A DNA stretch of 64,000 nt. Origin: Trichodelitschia bisporula (taxonomy: Eukaryota). How positions within the stretch are numbered: position 1 is the stretch's first letter; every line of letters begins with the position of its first letter. The notes beneath the pieces are model-generated. The model was not told the DNA's origin, did not search any database, and saw nothing but the letters and a program-made list of their open reading frames with translations. The position numbers and the translations under genes are program-made. Where the stretch lies: assembly GCA_010356995.1 (NCBI GenBank), contig ML996702.1, forward strand, positions 617,609 to 681,608, written 5' to 3'. This document shows positions 1-10,798 of the stretch, in pieces.

Positions 1-2324
1 AGACCTGTTTTCTCGCTTCTCCCTGGGTTGAGAAGGAAGTCACGAAACGAAGGGTGATGTAAACGGAGTGCTTCACCTGGTTCCTTTCGAATGTCCTTTG
101 GAATGTCCAAAATGGCGTGAAGATCACCCAGTGCCTGTCCCACATTCTGGCCGAGTAGCCTCCTCAAGGACGGGATAGAAAGTGAGTTGAACAGGATCAC
201 GATGCCTCCAAGCACTTCCTTCAATGTGGATCGCACCTCCTCTGCATCGTCACCTTCATACTCGGTAAGGGATTGGCGAAGAACAGTCGCGTAGATCTCG
301 TCGAGATGCTTCTGTGGCGCTTTCACAGTACTATGGCTTTGGTCGAGGATCAAGCTTAGTTTCTCGGGAGCCAATGCTTTTCCCTGTCGAATAAAGCGGC
401 ATGCGGTTTCGGCCCAGATAAACAGGCCACTGGCATTCCGGACAAGAGAGTCGATGTCTTGCTCGCCTGGCCAATCTTTGCCAAAAGAGCGTCCCCGGGC
501 TAGACGTCCGAGCTCGTGCCGTAGGAAGAAGCGGATATCATTGTCAACAGTCGACTTCTCAATTCTGTGGAGCACAAAGTCCAGGTGCTCGCTTGTTGGC
601 ATTTCGGATAACGGAGACCAGATTGACACTTCAGGTCTACTCGTTAAAAACAGCCGGAGCCGGGTTTTCTTCAGCGAGAGAAAGAGATCCAGAATTTCCC
701 CTATGTCATCCTCGCCCTCGCATTCGTCCAGGGCATCGACCACCAGGATATGCGGAGTAGGGGAGGCGTCGCATTCGAGCTTCGACATGGGACCGAGGAT
801 GAGATGGTGCCACTGACTGCGGATGGGCTCTTCAGTGATGGTATCCCGCTCCTTCAGTGCCTTGTAGAGAGACCGCTTTGCCCCCGGCACATTGTCTGCA
901 AGTTGCGCTGCGATGCTTGTCACGAACTTGCCGGCATGCCTGACATCTGCGCCACTTCGCGAGAAGAAGAAGCTGGCTCCAAGCCTTCCCTTCTGAAAAC
1001 ATTCGGCGGCCACAGTTTGAGCCACGGTGGACTTGCCGGTGCCAGCTAAACCACTCAACCAGAAAATATTTGGCGAGTTCTCACCGTAAGCCCAGGCGTA
1101 GATCCCTTTGAGAAGTTCGACCCGGGTACCAATCAGGCAAGGCGCCTTTTTCCGCTCGTATGGGTTGGATGGTGTGTCTGCGGCCCTGGGCAAGTTTAGG
1201 AGCATTGCCGGCGCGGGTGGATCTTCTGGTATCTCGACTTTGGCCGGCGGGAGCAACAACAAAAGCTCTTTAGCGTACGCTGCCGCCGTCCCCGCCGCGA
1301 ATGGCTGCCAGCTCTTGTTCTTGTGAGAGTCCGAGTAGTCGCAGATTCCCCGCACAGGCAGACATGGAAAATCGTTCATCACCCCGGCGGCTTCCATTTC
1401 GAAGCACAGGACGCCTCCGAGTTTCGTGCTGACTTTGTCTCGTTCCTTGGCATCGCGCATGACTTGATTCCCCGAAGCGATCGTACCATAGTGAACCAAG
1501 ACATGTTCACCACGCGTCTGGCGCCGCACNNNNNNNNNNNNNNNNNNNNNNNNNNNNNNNNNNNNNNNNNNNNNNNNNNNNNNNNNNNNNNNNNNNNNNN
1601 NNNNNNNNNNNNNNNNNNNNNNNNNNNNNNNNNNNNNNNNNNNNNNNNNNNNNNNNNNNNNNNNNNNNNNNNNNNNNNNNNNNNNNNNNNNNNNNNNNNN
1701 NNNNNNNNNNNNNNNNNNNNNNNNNNNNNNNNNNNNNNNNNNNNNNNNNNNNNNNNNNNNNNNNNNNNNNNNNNNNNNNNNNNNNNNNNNNNNNNNNNNN
1801 NNNNNNNNNNNNNNNNNNNNNNNNNNNNNNNNNNNNNNNNNNNNNNNNNNNNNNNNNNNNNNNNNNNNNNNNNNNNNNNNNNNNNNNNNNNNNNNNNNNN
1901 NNNNNNNNNNNNNNNNNNNNNNNNNNNNNNNNNNNNNNNNNNNNNNNNNNNNNNNNNNNNNNNNNNNNNNNNNNNNNNNNNNNNNNNNNNNNNNNNNNNN
2001 NNNNNNNNNNNNNNNNNNNNNNNNNNNNNNNNNNNNNNNNNNNNGGGGGAGAGGTTGGTGCTCTTCGTCGAGCATCTCCTGGGCTGCTGCAAGTTCAATG
2101 TCAAGCGCGCAAATCCACCCTATTGTGTAGTCTTTGTGACGAAGTCGGCGAGTTGGCTTTCTGTTGGTGGTTCTCTGGAGGGCAAGTGGTAAGGTTGAGG
2201 TCTGGCTGACGTTGCTCGCGGGGGCAGGTGTGGTGGTCTCACCAGCAACAGGTGAGGAGGGTCGTGAAAGACTGGAAGAGGCATGGAAGCGGCCCCGTGT
2301 CGGGATCCGCTTTGCAGGTGGCAT
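1..2324 (-). CDS. Fungal NLR-like protein: N-terminal PNP_UDP (purine nucleoside phosphorylase) domain plus NACHT NTPase. 3'-partial (runs off the window start) and interrupted by an assembly gap.
   Basis: Manual translation. ATG at 2324 gives MPPAKR...KDYTIGWICALDIELAAAQEMLDEEH (start of PNP_UDP). After the gap it reads VHYGTIASGNQVMRDA...LCFEMEAAGVMNDFPCLPVRGICDYSDSHKNKSWQPFAA, then CLIGTRVELL...IFWLSGLAGTGKST (Walker A), LGASFFFSR, ILVVDALDEC (Walker B), LFLTSRPE, ASGLFIWA and LHHPSFRDFL. The frame is maintained across the gap estimate. Not in the ORF track because it has no stop inside the window. Confidence 0.92.
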   Translation of the reverse strand, partial: MPPAKRIPTRGRFHASSSLSRPSSPVAGETTTPAPASNVSQTSTLPLALQRTTNRKPTRRLRHKDYTIGWICALDIELAAAQEMLDEEHQPLPXXXXXXXXXXXXXXXXXXXXXXXXXXXXXXXXXXXXXXXXXXXXXXXXXXXXXXXXXXXXXXXXXXXXXXXXXXXXXXXXXXXXXXXXXXXXXXXXXXXXXXXXXXXXXXXXXXXXXXXXXXXXXXXXXXXXXXXXXXXXXXXXXXXXXXXXXXXXXXXXXXXXXXXXXXXXVRRQTRGEHVLVHYGTIASGNQVMRDAKERDKVSTKLGGVLCFEMEAAGVMNDFPCLPVRGICDYSDSHKNKSWQPFAAGTAAAYAKELLLLLPPAKVEIPEDPPAPAMLLNLPRAADTPSNPYERKKAPCLIGTRVELLKGIYAWAYGENSPNIFWLSGLAGTGKSTVAQTVAAECFQKGRLGASFFFSRSGADVRHAGKFVTSIAAQLADNVPGAKRSLYKALKERDTITEEPIRSQWHHLILGPMSKLECDASPTPHILVVDALDECEGEDDIGEILDLFLSLKKTRLRLFLTSRPEVSIWSPLSEMPTSEHLDFVLHRIEKSTVDNDIRFFLRHELGRLARGRSFGKDWPGEQDIDSLVRNASGLFIWAETACRFIRQGKALAPEKLSLILDQSHSTVKAPQKHLDEIYATVLRQSLTEYEGDDAEEVRSTLKEVLGGIVILFNSLSIPSLRRLLGQNVGQALGDLHAILDIPKDIRKEPGEALRLHHPSFRDFLLNPGRSEKTG
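1530..2044. other. Assembly gap (N run) inside the PNP_UDP domain
   Basis: Run of n characters. Confidence 1.
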
Positions 2325-4244
2325 CTTGGAAATAATAATGCTGGTCAAGGAATTGCGGACTTGTGAAAATGCAGGAGTGGAACTGGAGGTTAAAGGCGAG
2401 GCTTTGGGGCTTCGAGCTGAGCTCAACTGCGGGGCATAATGCCAAGAATGAGGCTGTGAGCTGTCGGGCGCGGAGGGGAGGACGAGATTGGAGGAGACAC
2501 AGCCACATGCTACGGGGCATCAAGTTCTCCTACCAACTGATCAGTTCATAGACGAAGACTTCGCTGGAGGACATACCCGGTTGTTCATCCATATGTACCG
2601 CCCACGCCGCTTGCGTCGTCTATGCCCGCATCGTAGGTGCTGTACGGGATATCGAGACTGACCAGGGCTCGAGCATAAACAGGCTCGGGAGGATGCCGGA
2701 GTGGCGGTCATAGTTTTGGGTGGGAGTTTGGCAGCGCAGTGAGGGACAGACGGAGCATACAGACTGTTCTGATGGAGGAGATATGTTGAATATGTGGCGG
2801 CAACCTGGGATGGCTGGAGCGGAGCCAGGAGACAGGGGTCGCCTCCTGGCGAGGTATATAGTCAGCTCACTTCCCACTGTTAGTCAATTAAGCAACTCAG
2901 TCATGTTCACACTTCATTTTAACAAGATACGTAGTTGATTCTGTGGAAGGGGTGGCCGGGTAATGTGTGAGATGGGTGTTAGCAAGCGTCCTGGTGCTGG
3001 ATTGAAGGCTCGATTGGAGTTGAGCAGACGACATCGTATCAGTCATGTTGTATCGTGTCGTCAGCGCGGGACTCGAGAAACATACAGTATCGTGGAACAA
3101 TTGAGCCCGCGGGAGCGTGCGGCCATTCCAACTGCGAAGGAAAGGCCTCATCCCCATCGAGGAGAAACGATTGTCCATCCACAACTCCACAACTTGTCGT
3201 CAACTGACCAATATTGGCAAAAGGTTGAAGTGATAGACGGCGCCTAGCTTCCCCTCGAACTAGCCTAGCGGCTCCTCCCGTCATCAAGCGGCCCCGCGTG
3301 GCCCGTATCCATCGCATTCCCGGCCTCGTAAGTACCCCATTCCACCACCTCTTCGTTTACGAATATACCGCGCCCAGCTCTCCCCTCGTCGGATGGGCTA
3401 TCGGAAATCACCTGGGCCTACCCACAGCAAGTCACGCCGCGCAAAGCCTTAGCCACCCTTCTAGCAACCTCTCCCGCACAGCCCCTCCTGCGGCCCAACG
3501 GATAACCTCTACTACTACCAGTCTACTACCAGCAGCTGCTGCAGCAACTCATCTGGTGGTCGCAAGCAAAACTGCACGCAGTTCCCGATCCCCCCGTAGC
3601 ACCGCCGAAACCTCCGCCAGTTCGTGACCCTCGCACCTCCCTACTCCCACTTCTCGTCTAGGCGCCCGCAGAACCCATACTCACCCACGTTCTAACCCTG
3701 ACCCACCGTGGCTTCTTCCATAGCACTGGCTCCCCCTCGGAAGCCAGCCTAATCACCGACGCCACCTCCCTGCTGACCAGCACGCTGCCCCTCCCCCCGA
3801 AGCGGCTCCTCCCGCGCACGCCGCACGAAATTCGCGCTCCCAATATCTGGCACCACGAACATGTGCTGCCCGTGCGACACATTACGGTCGCCAATAAACT
3901 TAATGCCCAGCAACAAGCCCTTGTACGCCCCCGTCCTCATCCGCCAGCGCGCCCGACATGCCCGCCTCAATGCCCCACGCGAGCCAAGTAGACGGTCTGT
4001 GCTTGGGCAGCATGGCTGCTAGGGCGAGATCAGGCAAAAAGGTAGGCGAGGCAAGGGGTAAAGCGAGACGAAGAAGTGGGTAAGACGAAGGGGCGGGCGG
4101 GACGAAGGGGTGGGCGAGACGAAAAAGCGGCACGCGGGAGGACGTATTGAGGCGGCAGCGATGGAGAGAGTATGGACGTACTTTGATGGCCCAGATGAGG
4201 TGACATCGGAGTTTAACTCTGTCACTATCAAACATGCTCCGCCG

Positions 4245-4310
4245 CGTTCGCCCGCTGATTCCTTGAATCACAGCCATGATGCCCCCTCTCCATCTGTCAA
4301 GCACATGCGG
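4245..4310 (+). pseudogene. 5S rRNA locus relic: 5' flank plus the first ~8 nt (acatgcgg, 4303-4310) only
   Basis: ccatctgtcaagcacatgcgg matches ccatctgtcaagcacatacgg in front of 5S array copy 1 (5S start at 38039). Weaker similarity extends ~50 nt upstream. Confidence 0.55.
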
Positions 4311-6941
4311 TTGAGCAAAAGATACCTCGAAATTGGTTGCCTGAGCACAATAGACTCCATGGCTCAATTGTATGCCCATATCTGTCGGTAGAACTTGGAG
4401 GGCAGGGTTATTGAGTTGCCATGGGTGTCAAACGAGAGAATGATGTACAATATATCAAATAGCTTTGACTACTTCGCTAGCATGAGGAATGATGCCGATG
4501 ATGAACTACAGCGGCGGAAGCGGAAGCCATATAATCAAAGCTGCTGTGTTGCGGCTAGACGTACTCGTCGTCGCCGGTTGTAGTTCACGACACCAGCTAC
4601 GTCATCACCGCGACATCGGGGGTGGCGTAAGTACCGTACCACGGACATCCCACAACTGGCAGAATTCAACCGACAAAGAGCCAGCCTCATGGCCATATGG
4701 ACGCGTCGAAGTCCCAGCAAGGCGCACTTCGTCCCTCACCTCCTAGCCCATCAAAAAGCACCCACAGATAACCGGGACTTCACAATGCCATGTCCGGCGC
4801 TGGTGCCGCCGCCGCCGTTTGACCCTGCGCCCTGCGTTTCGGGCCGTGCCTCACCCGGCAAACATCCCCTCCCTTCATCACCCGTCCCTTCGAATCCCAA
4901 GCCGCGGCTCCGCAGTCCTGAATTCCGGTCCTGGCGAATACTATCGCTGTCTCATCCCACGCCCCCACGCTTTCTCGCGCCCTTAATCGAGCTCTGACAC
5001 GTTGTGCGCTCTGTGCCGGCCCGTGTCGATCTCCCGCGGGAAGGGGACCGCGGCGGGAGATGGACAGTGCTACGGGCGTGGTCGCGTTGAGACGGGTTAG
5101 GGTTTGTCGAGGTGCTGTATTTTGCGATATGGAGATAAGGTGCAGACAGCGGGAGATGGTGTGCCGCGTGGATAGGAGAAGCAAAGAAATCCCAAAGCGG
5201 ATAGCCATTCCGACCGACTTCTCGCCCCTCGAGCCTCGAGTCTCGATGCACAATCGGGCCGACGATAAAGAAAAGGCGTATCCACCTCTTCTGCCCTCGC
5301 ATTCCCATCCCCAAAATAGCCCTCAATCCCATCCCTCCGCATCATGCACGCTCCAGCTTGGCAGCGGTTACGCGCATGCGCCATCGTGCATCGCAGGTCT
5401 GGTCACCGCATCGGTCCAATCCCATCCGACCCCGCGGGATACCGAAGCCAATCCTCAGCAAGTGCCTCTATCGTCGACTTCCCCTCCTGAATCTCTCCGC
5501 CCCGCACTTCCGCACGGACCCCGACGCCACGCACGGCCCGCACTCGCCCCGCTTGTGTGGCCGAAGCGCGCGTGGCGGTCGTGGGGCCGGATGGGGCAAG
5601 TGGGGCGCGTCTTGGAGGGGTGTGGGCGCGGATGTCGGAGATGGGGCCTGCGTTGCGGTGTGGTGCGCTGGGAAGTGAAGGAATAAGCGCGTGTTTGTAG
5701 TGTTTGAGGGCGCGGGTGCTGAGGGGCATGCGCGTGGGAAGAGAGAGCAGGATGTTGTTGGATGCAGTGTTGTGGAGCATACGTTGAGCAGGGGAGCGAG
5801 AGGACGATGCCATGGCAACTGTCAACGTCTCCTGCATCGCATCGCCGAATCCCCATCTCGTGCATCAGCATTATCGGAGGAACTGCGAATCGGCTGCCAC
5901 GCCCGAGTGATCCTTCATCACTCGCCCCGCTCCCTATTAACCCATCAGAACGCCCCGCCACGCCACGCCACGCCCCCTCCTCATCACGTCGCATCACATC
6001 GCGAGCGCAATCGATAGCCCCCCGCCCCGGAATCAGTAAGCCAGCCTTGCGGGTATCACCCGCGCTAGCCGATAATGCATCGTTGACTTCTGATGGCGCT
6101 GGGGGTGTGAGACACTTGCGGCATGCGAGCGGCCCCTCAATTGATGGCCAGCCTCGGAGACTATGGAGCCGTGGTGGGGCGCGCGCCAGAGTATATATGA
6201 CGGCGAGGCACGCTGCGGCCTCAGCCTTTGCGATCTGCAGACAGGAACAGCCTTGGATGACAAGGCAACACGATTTTGGTAAGGCGCTGTGTTGGCGTCT
6301 ACCCACTTTTTGCAATAACCTTATCACATTGCAAGGCACCGCGATATCAATTCACCACTGCTATCATCACCACTTCCACCAGGCTCTTATTCATACTTCT
6401 ACTTCACCTCCAACAACAACTATATATATCGGCCCCCCCCTCCCCCCCGATCCCGACCTCCCACATTTCCTCGCGTAACGTTACACCAAACCCCCTGCCA
6501 AATCATCCCAGGCACGCATCCTCCCGCCCCTGGACGGCATCACGACGCTCGGGACTCGAGACGCAAAAAAAAAGGTACAAGATCAAACAAGCGCCTCCGT
6601 GGGCCTGCGTCTCATTCAACAATCCACATTCCTATATCCGATTGTCCTCTCATCTCTCGTCGTCAGACCGGCCCTCTCGATCGCCACCCCCGGCCCCGTC
6701 AGACTAGCCGTACCCACCAAACACCGGCGCCCGGCACACCGCACGGACTCCCTTCCGCGCTTCTCCTGAGCACTTTTTGTGGAGGGGCTCCCCCCACGTC
6801 CCGCAAGCTTACGCTGCTTGCTCGACGTCGTGCGAACTTCTTTGGAAGATTTGCTGCGAACAATTTCTAGCCTACATCTTCTGGCCCATTCTATTTACCT
6901 CGATTGCTTCTTAGCATCCGCTTCTCGCTCTTCCGCTGAGC

Positions 6942-9041
6942 ATGTCCTCCCCATCGCGTTCTTCGTCCCTCGATCTCCCGCACTCCTCCGCCCGGCCGGG
7001 CACCGCTTCGCCGACTACACCCACTGCCATGCCGCCCATGTGCGGGCGACGCGGCTCGCTCCCCGCCGGAGGGGACGCAGACGCGCCATACACCCTCGCA
7101 GGCAGCGGAGAAGGCCCGTCCTCCGCCCAATCTCCGCCCGCCGTCACCGCGTCCAAGCACGGAGATAGCGACACGCCAGACCGTTCGGACACAAACGCAA
7201 CCGCAGACGCGGCATCATGCCCCACCGAAGCAGTGTCCGGGACTCCGCTCCCGCCCCTTACAACCACGCTCCCGCGGCAGGATTCCCTCCACTCTGCCGC
7301 GCTGACCTCAGCGTCGCCCCGCACGCCCAAGGCGCGCAGCCACGTTCCTTCGCCGATTACGATTCCGCTCCCGGAGAAGAAAGAGGTGAGGGGGTGGACG
7401 AATGAGGCGGAGGTAGATGGGGTGCTGCCGCGCCAGACGCTGGTTAAGGCTATATACCCGCGGGCAGCGGCTGAAGACGGCAATTCGGCGAGCGACGAGC
7501 TGGGCGCGCGAACCGTGGACTCCATTGCCGGGCCCACAGCACCAGAACTGCAGTCCTCCGAGACCACTTCAGATCCCCAGCCTACCTCCGACGACCCCCC
7601 CCCAACAGCCCCCAACCCCCTCCTAACCCGCGCGCACCTCTCCCCCCTCCCAACAAGCAAACGCCCCGCTCTCGCCTCCCCCTGCTTCTTCCACAGCCGC
7701 TTCGACGACGCCGTCGACATCGACAAAGTCCTCGCCGAGCTCCCCAGCACGACCTCCACCAGCCCGCTCACCAACCTGCCGCTCAGCAGCACCGCCGAAC
7801 CCTTCTCCCACCGGCACCTCGTTCAGACTGCTGCGACCGTGCGCGAGGTCTCGCGCCAGTTGAGCCGACGCCCGTTGCGTTCGGCCGTCCGCACGGTCAT
7901 GATCGTGACGAAGGCGCGGGATAACGGTCTTGTGCGCCTGACGCGTGAGGTTGCGGAGTGGCTGCTCACGACGCCGCGGTATGGATCCCCGCACGGCGTG
8001 TCCGTGTACGTGGACGCGAAGCTCGAGCGCAGCCGCCGGTTTGACGCCCCGGGCCTGATCGCCTCCTTCCCCCCCGCTGCACAACTCCTGCGCTACTGGA
8101 CCCCCGAACTCTGCTGGGCGGAGCCGGAGCGCTTCGATCTCGTGCTCACGCTCGGCGGGGACGGAACCGTGCTCTTCACCTCCTGGCTATTCCAGCGCGT
8201 CGTCCCCCCCGTTTTGAGTTTCAGTCTCGGAAGTTTGGGGTTTTTGGCTGGGTTTGAGTTTGATCGGTATAGGGATGTGTTGGCGCGGGTTATGGGCGAG
8301 GAGGGCATGCGTGTGAGTTTGCGCATGCGCTTTACGTGTACTATCTACCGCCAGTCTGCGTCTGGGTTGCCTGGGAATGGGGGAGGGGAGGGGGGGGAGG
8401 CGCTGGTTGAGGGGGAGCAGTATGAGGTGCTGAATGAGTTGGTTTTGGATCGGGGGCCGAGTTCTTATGTTTCGAGTCTGGAGTTGCTGTGTAATGGGGC
8501 CTTGCTTACGCATATTCAGGCTGATGGGTGTATTCTGAGCACGCCGACGGGGAGCACGGCGTACTCGCTCAGCGCGGGGGGGAGTTTGGTGCACCCTGCT
8601 ATACCGGCGATACTGCTGACGCCGATTTGTCCGCATACGCTCAGTTTCAGGCCTATGATTTTGAGTGATAGCATGGAGCTTCGCTTACGCGTGCCAAGGG
8701 GCAGTCGGAGCACGGCGTGGTGCGCGTTTGATGGCAAAGCACGTGTGGAGCTCAGACAGGGCGATTGTGTCGTGGTTGAAGCGAGTCGGTATCCGTTCCC
8801 CACGGTGGGCGCGGGGGAGATGGAGTGGTTCGAGAGCATTGCGCGGACATTGAGGTGGAATGTGAGGGGGGCGCAGCAGAAGGGGTGGGTTGGGGGGGAG
8901 GGTGGGAAGAGCTGTGCGGAGGGTGGGGAGGGGGAGGATGCGGGGTTTGATATTGATTTTGATTCGGATGAGAAGGATAGCGGGTATGGAGGGGATGGCG
9001 GGAGGGGGACGTCGGGGCGGGGGAGCGAGGTTGCGGCTTGA
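6942..9041 (+). CDS. ATP-NAD/NADH kinase (Utr1/Yef1 family) with a long disordered N-terminus
   Basis: 699-aa ORF with LGGDGTVL, PPVLSFSLGSLGFL, VLNELVLDRG, ADGCILSTPTGSTAYSLSAGGS and TPICPHTLSFRP. Confidence 0.95.
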   Translation: MSSPSRSSSLDLPHSSARPGTASPTTPTAMPPMCGRRGSLPAGGDADAPYTLAGSGEGPSSAQSPPAVTASKHGDSDTPDRSDTNATADAASCPTEAVSGTPLPPLTTTLPRQDSLHSAALTSASPRTPKARSHVPSPITIPLPEKKEVRGWTNEAEVDGVLPRQTLVKAIYPRAAAEDGNSASDELGARTVDSIAGPTAPELQSSETTSDPQPTSDDPPPTAPNPLLTRAHLSPLPTSKRPALASPCFFHSRFDDAVDIDKVLAELPSTTSTSPLTNLPLSSTAEPFSHRHLVQTAATVREVSRQLSRRPLRSAVRTVMIVTKARDNGLVRLTREVAEWLLTTPRYGSPHGVSVYVDAKLERSRRFDAPGLIASFPPAAQLLRYWTPELCWAEPERFDLVLTLGGDGTVLFTSWLFQRVVPPVLSFSLGSLGFLAGFEFDRYRDVLARVMGEEGMRVSLRMRFTCTIYRQSASGLPGNGGGEGGEALVEGEQYEVLNELVLDRGPSSYVSSLELLCNGALLTHIQADGCILSTPTGSTAYSLSAGGSLVHPAIPAILLTPICPHTLSFRPMILSDSMELRLRVPRGSRSTAWCAFDGKARVELRQGDCVVVEASRYPFPTVGAGEMEWFESIARTLRWNVRGAQQKGWVGGEGGKSCAEGGEGEDAGFDIDFDSDEKDSGYGGDGGRGTSGRGSEVAA

Positions 9042-9515
9042 GTAGAACGATGGTTTGGGGAGTGGACGGAGGATTGGGATAGACACACGCCTGGTTTGGC
9101 TGGGATTTGGGTTTGGGTATGAGCACGAGCGGTATGGATGTCTCGCCGTTTGTATGTACGGAGTATGGGCCGGCGTTGTCCTGGACTGTTGGGTATGTAG
9201 ACGCTAGGAATTGATACGGTAGATGCGCTGATTAACCCAGTTCAAGTTCGTTCCCGAGGCATTGACATCGACCTGCCATCATGTCCATCTTCATCGGCGA
9301 TCCAAATGCAATAGGCCTGATCCCTTACGCACAAGCACCCTCAAGCGTCACAAGCTCATCACGTCACTAAACCATCATCCCCAAAAGCACAGCCTCACCA
9401 TCACCCTCATCCCCGCACCGCCACCTATGCCAAGTCCGCACCGCCACCACCGCCACACCCCATCCCGATCTTCATCCGCGTGTCCCCCACCGCCGCTCCA
9501 CACACCACCACCACC

Positions 9516-9961
9516 ATGCCCGACTCCGCATACACAACCCCCTCCTCCGGGGCCCTGAAGCTCAAAGGCGGAGCCGGGGTGACAAAACCCAAGAAAAAAA
9601 AGAAGAGCAAGGCGGTCGCCACCACCGCTACAACCGCCTCCGCCTCGACGGCCTCCGCCTCCGAGCCCGCACCCCGGTCTGGATCCGAGAAGCCCCCCTC
9701 CGACGGGGACGAGGGGAAGAAGGAGGAGGAGGAGAGGGAGGAAAGACCGAAGACGGAGGCTGAGATGCGGTTTGAAGAGCAGAGGCGGAAGAGATTGGAT
9801 GAGCGGTTGAAGAGGGAGGGGGTGAAGACGCACAAGGAGAGGGTGCAGGAGTTGAATCGGTATTTGAGTGGGTTGAGTGAGCATCATGACATGTGGGTTT
9901 TTCGAGGCTGTGAGAGGGAGGTGTTGCTAATTGTTGTAGGCCGCGTATTGGACCTGGGTAA
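9516..9961 (+). CDS. Small FAM32A/DUF1754-family nuclear protein. Two exons, intron 9893-9939.
   Basis: MPDSAY...GALKLKG...KKKKK...KTEAEMRFEEQRRKRL...KTHKERVQELNRYLSGLSEHHDM|PRIGPG*. Intron is GTGGGT...GCTAAT...TAG, and splicing restores the family-typical HHDMPRIGPG end. Confidence 0.88.
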
Positions 9962-10571
9962 CGGGACGATGGGGCGTTTGGGGTGCTGGAGTTTGGGGGG
10001 TTTGTGGTGTGGATGGCGTTTACAGTTTGGGCGCGGACGGGGTCTCTACGGTCGGCATTGCGTTTGGCATCGGCTCAGACGTACTGGTGATATGATACGA
10101 AGACGGTGTGGGAATTGAGGGCAGGCTGAGCAAAATTGCATCTCGGCGTCTCTTCTCGATGCTCATATCACGTGACACCTGAAGTTGCTTGATCGGAGTG
10201 CTTCTTCTTCGAGGACGACAGAGTACACGGTACAGAATCATCTTTCATCTCACCTGCTCGTTCAATCAGGAATTGCAACAAGTCACCACATACGCATCAA
10301 TTCAAAGCAGGCGAATTATGCAGACGTAAAAAGCAGGCCATCAATTCGTGCCAACCCCATTAACTAGACGATAAAAACTCCCAACAAGCGACGACGAATC
10401 GAAAACCCCCAAGAAAACCCATCGTCGCCCCGCTCGCGCCCAAAGACAGAGATGAGAAAATTCCATTAATCCGACTCCTCGGCGATTCGGGTTATCGGGA
10501 GGCCATGCATAAAGGCGGGTATCGTGAAGGGGAAAGAGAGTCAAGGGACGGGTTGGGCGGCGAGGTTTGTT

Positions 10572-10798
10572 CTAGTATTTGAGGATGATGTACAGCGCGT
10601 GGAGGATGCCGGGGATGAAGCCCAGGCAGGTCAACAGGATCTGATGGGTGTTAGTAGGTGGATTCACGGAAGCAGGTACGGGGTACTCCGTACGTTGATG
10701 AGGAAATCCGCGCCGCAGCCGCGCTCGAGGAACACGCCGAGCGGGGGCAGGATGATGGCGAAGATGATCTTGATGATGTCGGAGCCGGTGAAAGGCAT
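10572..10798 (-). CDS. PMP3: Pmp3-family plasma membrane proteolipid (stress/cold/salt). Intron 10641-10693.
   Basis: MPFTGSDIIKIIFAIILPPLGVFLERGCGADFLIN|ILLTCLGFIPGILHALYIILKY*. Intron is GTACGG...ACTAAC...CAG. Confidence 0.93.

Noticed and set aside
5060..6478. Overlapping 200-290-aa ORFs upstream of the NAD kinase gene
   Set aside because: Low-complexity Arg/Pro/Ala translations in several frames with no domain signal; most likely promoter or UTR sequence.
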